A stretch of DNA of 64,000 nucleotides. It comes from Amphiscolops sp. MND2022 (Eukaryota). The position numbers and the translations under genes are program-made. Shown in pieces: positions 10,408 to 23,108 of the stretch; within the stretch, counting starts at the first letter, position 1; every line of letters begins with the position of its first letter. The stretch is from positions 93,126,001-93,190,000 of the forward strand of contig OZ076409.1 in NCBI GenBank assembly GCA_964187785.1. The letters are read 5' to 3'. The notes beneath the pieces were generated by a model. That model worked only from the letters and a program-made list of their open reading frames with translations. It did not search any database and had not been told where the DNA came from.

Positions 10408-13400
10408 ATGACGACAACCAAGAGTAATATATTGCTACCATACCTTGAAGACACCGGACTTGATGGGAAAAAATTATACACCCCCAAAGAATAGACCGAA
10501 CGATTACGGCATTACATAAAACGAATCCATGATATCGATATAAAACCGGCTTTATCTGGGGAAACAATGCCAACAAGTAACGAATGGACAACAAAAGAAC
10601 CGGAAATAAGACAAGATTTCATCTGGGGAGCAGGACCATCGGCAATAGAGACGATCACCAAAGGAGAATTCAACACAGATCCCGATACCATCAATACAGA
10701 AAGACTCATCCAACTATTCAAAGACTATTACATGCCACACCTACCACAGCCGAGGAGATTTCTTCTGGGCGAAACAAGAAGACAACGAAACCCCGGAAGA
10801 ACACTGGCGAAAATTAGTATCCCTCGAAAAGAACTGCGAATTCAAAGATATCAAACAAGAAGACCTACTATCATCAAACTTTATCACTAGTATTACCGAT
10901 AAAAAACTACGGGAAAAACTCATCCGCGAAAAAACCCTGAACCTGAAAACTACCATGGATCTGGTAACCCAAGATAGTTATGAAAAGAGACACAAGCAAT
11001 CAACAATACCACCAGCACTGGCGGAAGAAAAAGAAATCAAAGAAGAACCCATACAGAAGATACAACCACGAAACTATCGGAAAAATACCGAAACAACCGC
11101 AAAAAACAACAATTGCGGTTTCTGCGGACAGCAAAACTGGTCACCATCACACAAATGCCCGGCAAAAACGGCAGAATGCAATAATTGCCACAAAATGGGA
11201 CACTTTACAAGAGTTTGCCGCAGCAAATCCAATAAGAACACGAGAAAACAAAAAATCAACTACCTGGAAGAAACATACACCGAAGAAGAAGAAAGTGAAC
11301 CAGAAGAAATACAACAAATCACACAAATCAATAGAGTACTACCGGATGAAAACGATAACTACGGGATCAAACTAAAAATTAACGGCAAATACCAAAATTT
11401 CACAATTGACACCGGCTCTCCAGTTACAATAATGCCAAACAACCCAGAACTCTACAACCAAAGAGATAAAAAAACCCCTGAAAGAAAGATATCAAGACGT
11501 AAACAAAAACGAAATCCAATTCCTCGGGAAAATATGGGTCGATATCGAACACAACGGAAAGACGACAAAATTACCAATCCTAATTACAAAAAGAAACGAT
11601 ATCACTCCATTATTAGGCGTGAACTGGTTGAAACAATTACCAATCACCATCAACAAAATTCAATTGGACGAACCAACCAACCAATCAGAAACTATCTACG
11701 CGAAATTCAACAAATTATTCGAAACAAACCATACAATTAAAAAAATAGAAGTGAAAATCCAAATAAAGCCAGGATGCTACCCCATCCAGCAGAAAGCCAG
11801 ACCGATACCGTACCATTTACAAAAAGACGTAAAAACGAACTGGACCGATTAATAAAATCCGGACATCTCGAACGATTAGAAACAATCGAAGAAGATTGTT
11901 TTGTATCACCCGTTGTAATTACGGTGAAGAAAGACAAGACGGTAAAAATCGCGCTAGACGCCCGAAAACTCAATGACAGCTGCGTAAAGAAAAGGCCACA
12001 CATGCCAAATATGGAAGAACTATTAAATCAAATATCAGCCGAATTATCCAAAAACGACCACGACCCAATTTGGATATCCGTAGTAGACCTTGACTACGCA
12101 TACGGACAAATGAAACTGGCCCCCGAAACAAGCAAACACTGCAACTTTGCAATGACAGGAGAGAAAATAAATGGATATTACCGATTCTTAAAAGGATTCT
12201 ACGGTCCCGCCGACATACCAACGATTTTCCAAGAGAAAATAGACAGAACCCTGGGTCACCAAACACCAGTTTGGTTAGATGACATTATAATTGTCACACG
12301 TGGAACCAAAGAAGAACATACCCGAAAATTATATTCGGTACTAACAAAACTGGAAAATGAAGGCTACAAAGCAAGCAAAAAGAAGTCAAAATTCTATCAA
12401 AAAGAAACAATATGGCTCGGACATACGATATCACAAGACGGAATCAGGCCAAACAAAGAAAAGACAGATGCGATAAATAAACTAGAACCACCAACAAACG
12501 CCAAAGCACTAAAATCTTTCCTCGGAGCTACACAGTATTTTGCGAAATTCATACCGAATCTATCCGAGAAAACAGACAACATGAGACAACTACTCAAAAA
12601 AGGGACGAAATGGGAATGGACAACCGATCGAAATTCGGACTTCAACAAAATAAAACAAGAACTAACATCATTACCCTGTTTGGCACACTACAACGGCAAC
12701 AAAGAAAACATCGTCACAACCGACGCATGCAAGACCGGTTTGGGAATAGCACTCTGGCAAAAACAAGGCAACGGAGAACTAAAACCGATAGCATTTGCCA
12801 GCCGATACCTAAACGACGCCTAAAAAAATATTCTATCGGAGAACTAGAACTACTAGCCGTCGTATGGGGCTTGGAAAGATTTAGATTCCATTTAAATGGC
12901 AAACAAGTCCAATTATTCTCGGACCATCAAGCACTAGAACCCCTCCTGAAGAGAAACAAGACAAATAAACAATATAGTGCGCGACTAACACGATGGCTAG
13001 ACAGATTGAACCATTTCGACATCTGCTGAAAACACACTGCCGGCAAAGAAATCAAATTCACGGATTTTATCAGCCGAGATCCCACCGAAAATCCAGAACC
13101 GGAAGAAAATTACGAAGAAGAATTTGTTATTAACGCCATCGCGCAACTAGCAACGGTAAACGCCCGAATAGGACGGATTTTCGACCAATCAGAAGACGCG
13201 ACCACGACAGCCGAAGCAAACATGCGTGATACGCGCTCGCTAATTGACACGCGACGCTACCAAACAAACAAAAGCCATAATGATTCTAATTACCGCATAC
13301 AACAGCATTCATCCAATACTGACTGTATAAAAATGAATAACAATGAAAACAATACACGCTTCTTCCGCACAGACGGACAATTACGACACCATTGGGGTGC

Positions 13401-15561
13401 AGATGACGATATCATGGCCATTATCAATGCAAGAGACAAATCACCCGAAACTACGGAACTCGTGAGAAGAAGAGTACAATTGGCGAGACCGGGTGTAATG
13501 AGACCACATTTCAACAAGAACTTGGGCCGAGAAATTTACTCACCAAGAAGACCGGAAGAAGATGAAAGAAGAGAAATAAAGCGAATTGACATTCAACTGA
13601 GACAAAAGATCAGAGAGCAACATATCGGCGGAGGATATTTTCAAAACTTTGGGGACGACATCCCCCAGAGACAAAACACCGAACAACAACAAACCGAGAG
13701 AAATGAACCGGCCCCAGGAAACGAAACCAACCGAGACACAGAATCCACCGTCTCAAATAACTCGGAGGAAGCAGTAGCCACCCACGAACCCGGAACTTAC
13801 CCAGCAATACCAGTCCAAGAATACAGAGACGGGCCAATCGAAGAAATTGCCGTACACTACGTGAGAATTAACCGCGTAGTTGAAGAAAAACCGAAGCGCA
13901 ACAGACAACAAGAAGATAACGTCAGATCGGCAGAACTAGATTTCATGCTAGACTTGGAAACGATAATCAAGGAGACGGCCGCTGACCCTGATCTCATCGA
14001 ACTAACCTGCTGCATCGAGGACAACAAATTGGACCAAATTCCGCAGAACTACAAAACTGTAGCCAAGAAATTGACATACCGTTGGGGCATTATATTGGTC
14101 GATGACTGCATCGTAATTCCAAAATCACTACGCTACGCAGCACTCAATGCACTACATTTTGGACACCCCGGGATAAACAAAATGTACAACGACGCAGCAA
14201 TATTCTGGTGGCCGAACATGCGGGAAGATATTGAAAAGAAATCAAAAACCTGCTCAGCCTGCCTCAACGCTGGTAAGAATCTTAAATTCCAAATACCCCA
14301 AACCGAAAAATCAAAAATCGAACCACCAAAAACACCTGGCGAAGAAATACAAATTGATTTTACGGGAAATCTCAACAATAAAAAACTGCAAAGTAATCCG
14401 TTCATACTAATTGCGGTGGATAAAAACAGCCGATGGCCCGTAGCAAAAATATGCAAAAATACGAACCATGAAACCGTAATTTCATTTCTGGATGAATACA
14501 TAAATGTATACGGAGTACCGAAGCAAATAAAGTCGGACAAAGGCGGCACCTTTATCTCCAAAGAATACATAGAATACTGCAAGACGCATAATATCAACCG
14601 CATATACGGTACGGCAAACCTACATACTTGCACCGGATTGGTCGAGCGCACAATCCAATCGCTGAAGAACCTAACTCTGGCAAATTTAGAAGACAACCAA
14701 AATCTTCGTGAAAGCGTAAATAGAGCACTATACGTCCTAAGATTTACAATACATTCAGAAACGAAGAAAACTCCGTTTGAATTACATTTCGGACGGACAC
14801 CAAGAACCAAACTGTCTAACCTAAAAAATTCTATTTCAGTGGATTCCAAAGATCTCTCGGTGTACATCACCAGAAATTCAACCGGACAAATCACGGATCA
14901 CCTGGTAATGTCAAAGAAAAAGATAGCCGAACCAAGATACAAGCGAGGGATGATATTCTCCCAAACAAAAAAACCGACAAGTGCGGTAAGTAAATTTGAA
15001 TATCCTTTCAAATTTTACGAAAAAAACCACAAAAAAGGATCCATGGAAAGTAAATTCAAAAATAAAGTACAAACCGCTGTATCTGGAACAAGACACACGG
15101 TGACAACGGATAAAAATAAAGTTATCCACAGGAAATTAATATCCAACCCGCTACCATTTCAGCAAACAACAACACCGGCAAAGAAGATCAACACCCGCCA
15201 AAACACCGCAGACCAACCCACCTGCTCCAAAACACTGGACAATGCAACCACCAGCGGAGCACCCTGCATCTATAGCAGGAAAGAAACACCGAAGAACATC
15301 GCAAACTACGAAAGAAGCGAGGACTGGTCGAAAAGAAAGGAAATACCCAGAAACAACAAGGGACAATTTACCTCACCAAACAAAAACACAGACAACTTAA
15401 ACCTGAGTATCATATCTGACGACGACGACTTCGAATGTTACAATAAAGCGGAAGGAAAACCGATACGAGTCAACATCGAAGATGAACTTCAGCTCCACCC
15501 GAAGGAAACTAATCTGACACCGGAACAAGGAAACAACAGCGGAAACAGCGGAGAGAAATGA
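10408..15561 (+). pseudogene. Gypsy gag-pol polyprotein, broken by stops and frameshifts
   Basis: Zinc knuckle CNNCHKMGHFTRVC, protease IDTGS, RT DLDYAYGQ..WLDD, RNase H TTDAC..ELELLAVVW, integrase HFGH..CSAC, IDF, SDKG, VER. Lesions: TAG at 10492, 8-bp deletion near 10738, A-run indels near 11470 and 11832, stops at 12821 and 13027. Confidence 0.95.
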
Positions 15562-15647
15562 GACGAAGAATGACCGTCCAATGCGGCAAAACAATGAAGA
15601 AATCCGTACCATACGGCCACTACAACAAACCCCCATCGGACAACCCC

Positions 15648-15660
15648 GAAGAGGGGGGAA
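15648..15660 (+). promoter_or_regulatory. Polypurine tract
   Basis: GAAGAGGGGGGAA immediately before the 3' LTR. Confidence 0.9.
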
Positions 15661-15899
15661 TGTGATATCATGCAGATATCATGACCTTCAAAACTATGAA
15701 CCTAGACAGAGAGCATACTATTGTTGTTAAACATAAAACTCTAATTACTGTCAATTTGAGTTTACTACACTTTGTGTTGTACAATAGAGTATTGACCATT
15801 GTACTTGAGATTGATACTATAGATTAGTTGCTAAAGAAGATACGAATTTATCGTCTTAGATAAAGAACCTTTTTACCGTGATAGACCGAGATTACAACA
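15661..15899 (+). repeat. Gypsy 3' LTR
   Basis: Direct repeat of 10110-10348. Confidence 0.96.
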
Positions 15900-17226
15900 A
15901 TCATATCATTGGACCACATTTCAACGCTACCCTAGTTGAGACTGCAGGAACTTTTTACATGCTGCAGGCCTGCATGCAGGGTAATTGTTTATAAAACCTA
16001 GAAAATTCAGGGTAATTCAGGTGGTAAATCTTGTAGAATTACCCTGCATTTTCCACCACTGCAATTAAATTTGAAAATAGATACAACATCATCACCGACA
16101 CGACCTTATTGTATTTACAATTTGCTTTCTCAACTACTCATCTGATGTGATCACCGCGTCTCAAATAGGACGCTAAACATGACGGTATATTGCAGTTTAT
16201 TAGGTGAAGTAATTTTGCATTAAAATGGCTGTTAAACTGAGAGCAATTTATTTGCTTTTAAAATTAGAACTGCTTCTTAATGAAACCTGCAAAACTTCAA
16301 GGCGTAAAATTGCCGCCAAAACTTTGATGCATCTTTCAAGCAGCTTGATAAAAGTCGAATACAACAGGTAAATATTTCCTCATTAAAGTTTCCGTAAGAG
16401 TTTTAGAAAATCATAATAAAAGTTGCTGGCAACATTAAAGTACATGCAAAAAGTTCAAGAAGTTTCAACAAGGGTAACGATGTCGGCATAATGTATTTGA
16501 ACTTGTTTCTTCGGCGGGGGGTTGATTAGCAACATGGTCGGCAAAAAGATTCAAAAACTGAAAAAAAACACAGTTAATGATTGTCCAAAAATTTTTAAAC
16601 GTTCAAACAGCCAGGAGAGTTAATTATACGTTGTCTTTCATTTTTGTGACACCGCATTTGTGTACCAATGTTAACTGTTGATGGCTTTCTTATTCACTCC
16701 GGTAATTTAGGTAGGGTTAAGAAAACTAAAATCTGCCGAAAAAAGTTTAAAAATCACTTTTTAAACCACTGGTATACGATCTGAAATCACAGAACAAAAT
16801 AAACGTACTGGATTGTAAAATGAAATCACATGAATTAGATTTCATTATTCTCAACTCAACTTTTTTCTAAGGTTCAAATTCAAGTATGCACTGCTACTCG
16901 CAACTTCCCAAAAAATCGACAGTCATTATTTTCAAGTGATTGAACAAAGGCTACTATTCAGTGAATTGAAGCATAGTTATCTTGACTCAAATTACCAATA
17001 TCAGTTGATGGTATTCCGGCTCTATACTTCTTTTCATTCAAATTCTATTTCACGTGATGAGGTGGAAAGTGCATCACAAGATGTCTACGATGCGCGAAAA
17101 GATAACACAGTCCAAACTGGGTTTGCGTTATTTTCACGGGAACGTTCTTCGGGGAAGTCTGAACATGGTATCAAAATTATAACGAGAATACATTCGTAGT
17201 GAAGAGAAACCTCTACCCTAATTCGA

Positions 17227-17921
17227 TTTTTAGTCGGCGCTTTTCTTCAGAAAAAAAAGCGACGATAGTCATGGCTTCTTGTCAGATTTTTTTTCGATAC
17301 GCCTGCATTAGTCAAAATATTTTAAACAAAAGTTCTGCAATTTTGACAAAGTCAGTCACTGTCACTTGGCCTAGCGGTTAACACGGATTTTCCTCGGCGT
17401 AAGAAGCAGGGGTGTGTGGGTTCGAGTCTCGCACTGAAACAAAAAAATTATGTTTGCAAAAGTAGGGGGAGACCAAAGGGGTCCCGCCTTTGGAATTTTT
17501 TCGGCACCATGCGACTGGTTTCAGATTTTTTTCAAACCCAAACTTCTTCCCTCGGTTTTCAGCAGAAACAAACCCTTTTGCGCGTATAGATGAACATTTT
17601 TAGTTTTTTCGGCATTTTGCTACTTACTGAAGTAAGAAAAATTGTAAATGTGAAGGAAACATGTTTCCCGAATTTGAGGGTGACCTTTTTGTTACCCTTT
17701 GATCCTGTGGAACTGATGAGTTTTATTAAAGATACTGGAAAAGATTTTTTTCAGCTTTTTGTTAGGCTCTATTTCAGAAAAAAAAACTGAACAAAATAAA
17801 TATGTGTATCCCTTGGGGTATTTTTCGGCACTGAGAAATTGGTGAAAATTTGGGAGTAGAATCCTTTGAATATCTCAAAAACTTGAGCAGGGTTCCGACT
17901 TGGGCCGGTCCCGGCTTGTTT
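17227..17921 (+). mobile_element. HINE-like element, family B relative (older, diverged)
   Basis: Starts TTTTTAGTCGGCGC and ends CCGACTTGG + hairpin GCCGGTCCCGGC + TTGTTT. Mirrored at ~43116-43810. Confidence 0.6.
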
Positions 17922-18193
17922 GGTGATGTTTAGACTTAGTTGTACAACAACTAAAGTTTCACCCGCCTTTCCTCTATCTTGACGACGTCAATCTTTGATC
18001 AGCTTGATTATGAGATTTTTCACTCAAATGACTGCACTGCACTGTTGTTCCATCTATGAGGACAAATTAATACTTCGAAAAAATCAACCGCGTATCACGA
18101 AAATGAAATGCGAACTTGAATTAAGGGCAAAAACACTATTTTAAAATGAATCAGACAAACCGCGAAGAGTGAGTGTTTCGAAACGTCTAACGT

Positions 18194-18590
18194 TGTTACG
18201 ACTTATGTCCGCGTCGTTTTGCGTAGAATTTGTTCTAACTGATTTTGTAGGAGTATAAAAGTTTCTAGTTTCGTTTTCCGTTTCTTCATCAATGTTGTCC
18301 CTAATATTCTCCCTTGTTTTAGGTCTGAGGAGTTCTAGCATCTCCTTTTGAGACTCGATGAGGAGGTTTTTAATCTCGGAAGATATCTCCTCTTTCAAAG
18401 AAGCTCTTAGGTCCTCCAAGAAGCTGTTTTCAATTCTGGGCGATTTTGGTCTAGATGGGCCTACTACCTCTACATCCTGATTTGAGGAGCAAGGGTTTTC
18501 CATTACTATTGGTGAAACAAAACCTTCACTTACATTTCTATCACCCTCTTGCTGCTCATTCCTTCTTTTCTGGCTTCTTGTTGTCGACAT
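18194..18590 (-). CDS. ORF inside the solo LTR (MSTTRSQKRR...ISRN), open through the element end; probably an N-terminal gag-like fragment
   Basis: ATG at 18590, ~132 open codons, basic N-terminus and a coiled-coil-like stretch (LEDLRASLKEEISSEIKNLLIESQKEMLELL). TATA-like TATAAATA upstream near 18750. Confidence 0.55.
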
Positions 18591-20560
18591 TTTGTTGTAG
18601 AAAAGTTTTATCTTGAAGAATTGATTTCTTCCAGAGATATTTTCTAGCAAAGTTAGACAAATTGAGAGTTTAGCAAAATTGAGAATTCAACTGAATTGAA
18701 CAATTGCAAAAGACTGAGTCCCTTAATCATCAGATTCTATCATATTTATACCCTCCCAGCATCATTTGGTCACGACTATAATCCTTAATTTTCTCCGAAC
18801 AATTAGTCATTTCCTGTTTCATTGTTGAAAAAATCACGAAGTTCCCAAATTTGCGTCGACATTTCGTCAATTTTTAAGACACGGCAATTTTAATTTAGCG
18901 TTAGTCATCAAACATGATCATATCATTTCATCCCGGCGTCCTTTTGCTTCCTCCCAAGCAGGAAGTAGATATTACTTCAGTCTGTCAAACCGGAAATGCT
19001 TCCCTGTTTTACTGCTTTGGTTCGCGGGAAATTGACGCTAAGATGACGCTGACGTGAACAACAAATACCTGATTTTGAAATTCAACTTGATCAAATGCTA
19101 TGACTAATTCCAAAGTGTAATTATTTGAACGATGCTAAGATGATATTTTATGAATTTGGACCCACTCTTTCGCTGAAATTAGAATTAAGAATCATGGTAT
19201 TAAAATAATACTCCATTAGCAAATTTATCATGTCGCGACAAGTGCGACAAGTTTTACAAAATTAACAGCAACGTTTGTTAAGTAGCAACGATAATGCAAC
19301 GCAATTAATGGATAGCAACGATGAATTAGTATGGGAAATATGATTACGATCATAAGTATAGCGTTCAATATCATAGAGTACAAAATGCGAAGTATATGAA
19401 AATACATTTTCAATACAAAATATACTTTAGTTGGAAGTATAAACTGTGACTTTCTGATCATTTTACTATGAACTCCCATAGAGGAAAAAATGGGTTAAGT
19501 AAGGGAAATCCCTTGTTGTTGAGAAGTGCAAGACGATTAGTTAACGTAGATTTAAATCAACCTATATGTGTCAAAATCTACCTTAAGTTATTACCTTAAG
19601 TTATAGGAATACCTCCTCTATGCTTATTTTACGAATTGAGGTAGCTTGCATTCATTCCCTTTTAACATAATAACGACTTTATTGCGATGAAACCTTGACT
19701 GATCTTGCAAATTCATCCATTTTGTTCAATTTCATAAACTTGGCAGCGTCATGTTGACGAGTTTCCTTGACAGAATTTTGAGCTTTATAAACTTGTCAAC
19801 GTCATGTTGACGAGTTTTCTTGGCAGAATAGAGATTTGACTAGTTTGACGCAATGCTGACGAGTATTTTAGAAATGAGTCTCTCGCTAGCTGCCGGAGCA
19901 GTGACGTCACAGTGGCGGTAAATTGGAATGATTTTTGGTAATGCTATTAGTATAGGCGGATAATTGGAATGATTTTCTGGTACGCTTATGAGAGGCAGTG
20001 ACGTCAATTGGTATACCTTCAAACTTGTCTGCGTCTTACTGACGACAAATATACATGTATTCTTATTTTCTCCGCTGCCTTGTTTACTCAGCGTGATATT
20101 GACGTCCTAAACCATTTTAATTGCTGTTCGGAGAGTAATTAAGCTGCCTTTCTAAGAAAAGGCTTAAATCATTCGGTGTGTCATCTCGGTGTATTTTCTA
20201 TTTTGGTTCTGATTGATGTTCTTTTGGGGAATGATTTTGACTACGTTTTCGTTTAGATTAGGCTTTGATTTCTTTGTTTTAGAACGTAATTTAATTTAGT
20301 TTTCAGGTGGCGAATGTTGCTATTTTGACGTGACAAAAACGTTTCAACCGGAAATGTAAGAATCATTTCAACGCGCTCATTCTTTGTAACTAGTTTCATT
20401 TGAAATTTCCGTTGATCAGACGTATTTTTTTCCTAGTCACAGTTTATTTGTTAGTTTTAATAGTTAAATTAAGTTTTTTCGAACCTCGCGGTGCAGCCGT
20501 GGCCTCTCCCGAAGCCAATTCTTAAACATCCACAACCCAGTCCGGGAGCGGACTGTGACA
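18194..20560 (-). mobile_element. Large solo-LTR-like element (2367 bp)
   Basis: Termini TGTTAC..GTGACA with 5-bp TSD AACGT (18189-18193, 20561-20565); no pol domains; absent from the right arm. Confidence 0.8.
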
Positions 20561-21950
20561 AACGTGTCGAAAAATGATATTGTTTGATAATTTCAATTCT
20601 TTCAGTGACAGGAACTTTCAAAAACAGCAGTCTTGAAAATGGCAATTGTTTTTATTGAATCGTGAAAAGTTCTGAACAAGTTTGATTTCAGTTTCCGCTT
20701 CCGTTTTGGAAAGAAATTCTCAACATGAGGATTGAAAGAAGAGAATCTAAAGAAACCACCTTTCTTGTCATCCTAACTGCGAAACGTGCTTTTTGTGTTC
20801 GATCCAGGGAGCGGATTTGTACATTTTTAATGATCGAAATATGGGCATCAATATAGTGTAAAAAAAACTCAAATATGTGAAAAAAATATGGGTAAAATGG
20901 CCCTTCAGTTTTCTTTGAATGCATTCCATTTCATTATAACGTTGTTTTTGTCAAAACACAATTTTCCAAAAGTCATTTTTCGTCTCTGAGAAAATTGTAA
21001 CAATGGCATAACAGAAGATTCTCATTGAATGACATTTTGTTTCAAATGACAGCCAAATAACCCAATATCACGCAACAACTGCTTCAAGATTGTTTTAGAG
21101 CAATCTTGCGTTCGGGCGCAGTTCATGAAATAGCATTGCGATAGCCGGGGATTTTTACATAAAGAGGTTTGCTAAAGCATATCAATATTTAGCACCGGGA
21201 ATAGATGGTACGGGTGGATGAAATTTGAAACTTCTTGCCACACACTCCTTACCTTCACTAAAGAACACTAGGTTTCTCAAACTTGAAATCATTTTTTGAC
21301 GCAAGTTTTAGTTGATTCCGATCCATAAAGATAATCCGAACCATCTACCGCACAATCTCAGCGCGGAATTTGTTAGTTTTTTGTCGCAAGGTGACGAAAA
21401 TTAAAAAAAATCCATAGTAATCAACACCAACGTTGGTCGACGAAAAATAGGTTTTTAATATCGTCTTTCTCGGCAAAAATCAGGCATTGTACTAGAGAAG
21501 GTCAGAAATAGATTTTTTGGCACCCTACACTAGTCAGAACAAATGTTCTCATTGATGAGACAAGCAGAATCACCCACAAATACCCCGCCCATCTGAGTTG
21601 ATTTATGAAGGTGTTGAGGAAAAAAAAACTATTGAAGGAAAGGACGCCTGGTAAGTAGAATCATATGTTTTGCAACGAAGGTGAAATTTCTCAGTTCATT
21701 TGTATTGGCCTTGAGACCCAAAATGAGGAGAGAAAAAGTAATTGTTTCAGCGATTTGAATACAAGTACAGAGAACACCATATGGGGTGTCACCAAACATG
21801 CGAAGCTCTTTTGCATCAAGAGCTCCTCCCTCGAAGCAGCTCCGAGATATTTATAATTAAATTAAATTGGTAGCTCCTCACGCCATTCCTCGACCTTTGT
21901 TTCTGTTTCTATCAGCTATTCCTAGTCCCAGTATGGTCCACTTTGTCTCC

Positions 21951-23108
21951 TTTTACGTCTGCAAGGTAAACTAACAAAAACACTTACCAAGCTTTACGAC
22001 GGCCTGGTTGACAACTTGCGGACAACTTTAAAACTTGTTTGTCCAGGAAAGGCACTCGCAAAAATCACTTCTCTGAACCTTCAATGGGTGATATCGCAAC
22101 TATTTTCAATAAAAATTTAGCTTGCGTTACTTCGAATAAGTTTCTGAAGTCGGTGAAGCAATTACTGCATCTTTGACTTTGCACTTTTTCTGTTTCAAAA
22201 GCATAAAGTAGCTTTGGAGCTCTAATTTGTGATTATGGGAATCAACTTAGCTGTCTGGATGAGTGGTAGCGTCGTTGATCTGCTAAACCAGAAGATAAGT
22301 CCAAATCCTTGCGTCCACGATAACTTTCTCAAGCAAAAATATCGCAACCATATGCAATATAATAAATTGACGTTGGAATTTCGAAACAATATAATATCAC
22401 TTGTTCAACTCCAAAAGGCTCTTCAATAGCCAGAGTTAACTGAATTAATTGAACGAGAAACTTCCAAGCTTTCACATTCTTCAATACTTGAGTAGCAAAG
22501 TCGACTGATTTGGATTTCTACTTGGTTGCTGGTCTCTGGTGTCTTAGGAGTTAACTCTGGTTACTTTTACATACAGGAAATACTTAATAGTGGATGTTTG
22601 TGGTTAAATTTACCATCACCACACAAGCGCCTTGATATATAGAATAAGCAGAAACAAACTATTTAACTGAGATGAAGATATACACCAAAATATGTAAAAG
22701 TATATATAAAAAGCATACATTTACACCATTTTATGGTTCATGATTATATTTGTTATTTGCACTCAAAGCTTCTATCAGGTTACAAACACTCTATCGACTT
22801 CCGCCTGGACTAGATATAACCAAATATGACCTACTAGAAAGGTTTATTACACAAACAGAACAATAAAGCACCAAATTTGTACTATATCAGAGGGAAGTCT
22901 GATTTTGATCCAGAAAAACTTTTTTTTGAAATTTTTGTCTCCGATTCTCAATTTTCTTGCCCAAATCGGTCGAATGCCATAAAAAAATCGGCTGCTTGCT
23001 ACTTTTGTCTTCGAAATCCAAAAAATAACGTCTTTGTAGCAGTTCGAAAACCAGGATTTTTGACCCCTTCTGGTCACAATTTCTCAAGTCAATTCTGAGG
23101 CGCCAACA
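21951..23108 (-). repeat. BEL 3' LTR
   Basis: Direct repeat of 29834-30991 with ~4 mismatches seen; preceded on the minus strand by PPT-like GAAAACGGGGCCGGCG. Confidence 0.95.

Larger units (their letters stand above)
10110..15899 (+). mobile_element. Ty3/Gypsy LTR retrotransposon, full length but decayed
   Basis: 239-bp TG..CA LTRs at 10110-10348 and 15661-15899; TSD ATCAT (10105-10109, 15900-15904); PBS, PPT and gag-PR-RT-RH-IN domain order. Confidence 0.97.

Noticed and set aside
11465..11480. Programmed gag-pol frameshift at the A-run
   Set aside because: The run is 7 A on the left and 8 A on the right, while 6 would restore one frame, and it falls within the protease region. More likely mutation or homopolymer error.
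14133..14894. 253-aa antisense ORF, also at 46137-46898
   Set aside because: Lies opposite the integrase, has no recognisable motif, and its retention follows from the near identity of the two copies.
16936..17199. 87-aa ORF after a possible splice acceptor
   Set aside because: The mirror copy has an in-frame TGA near 43997, and no motif is recognisable.
17370..17440. tRNA-like boxes (tggcctagcggttaa ... gggttcgagtctc)
   Set aside because: I could not fold a convincing cloverleaf and it lies inside a family B repeat. At most a tRNA-derived remnant; tRNAscan-SE would decide.
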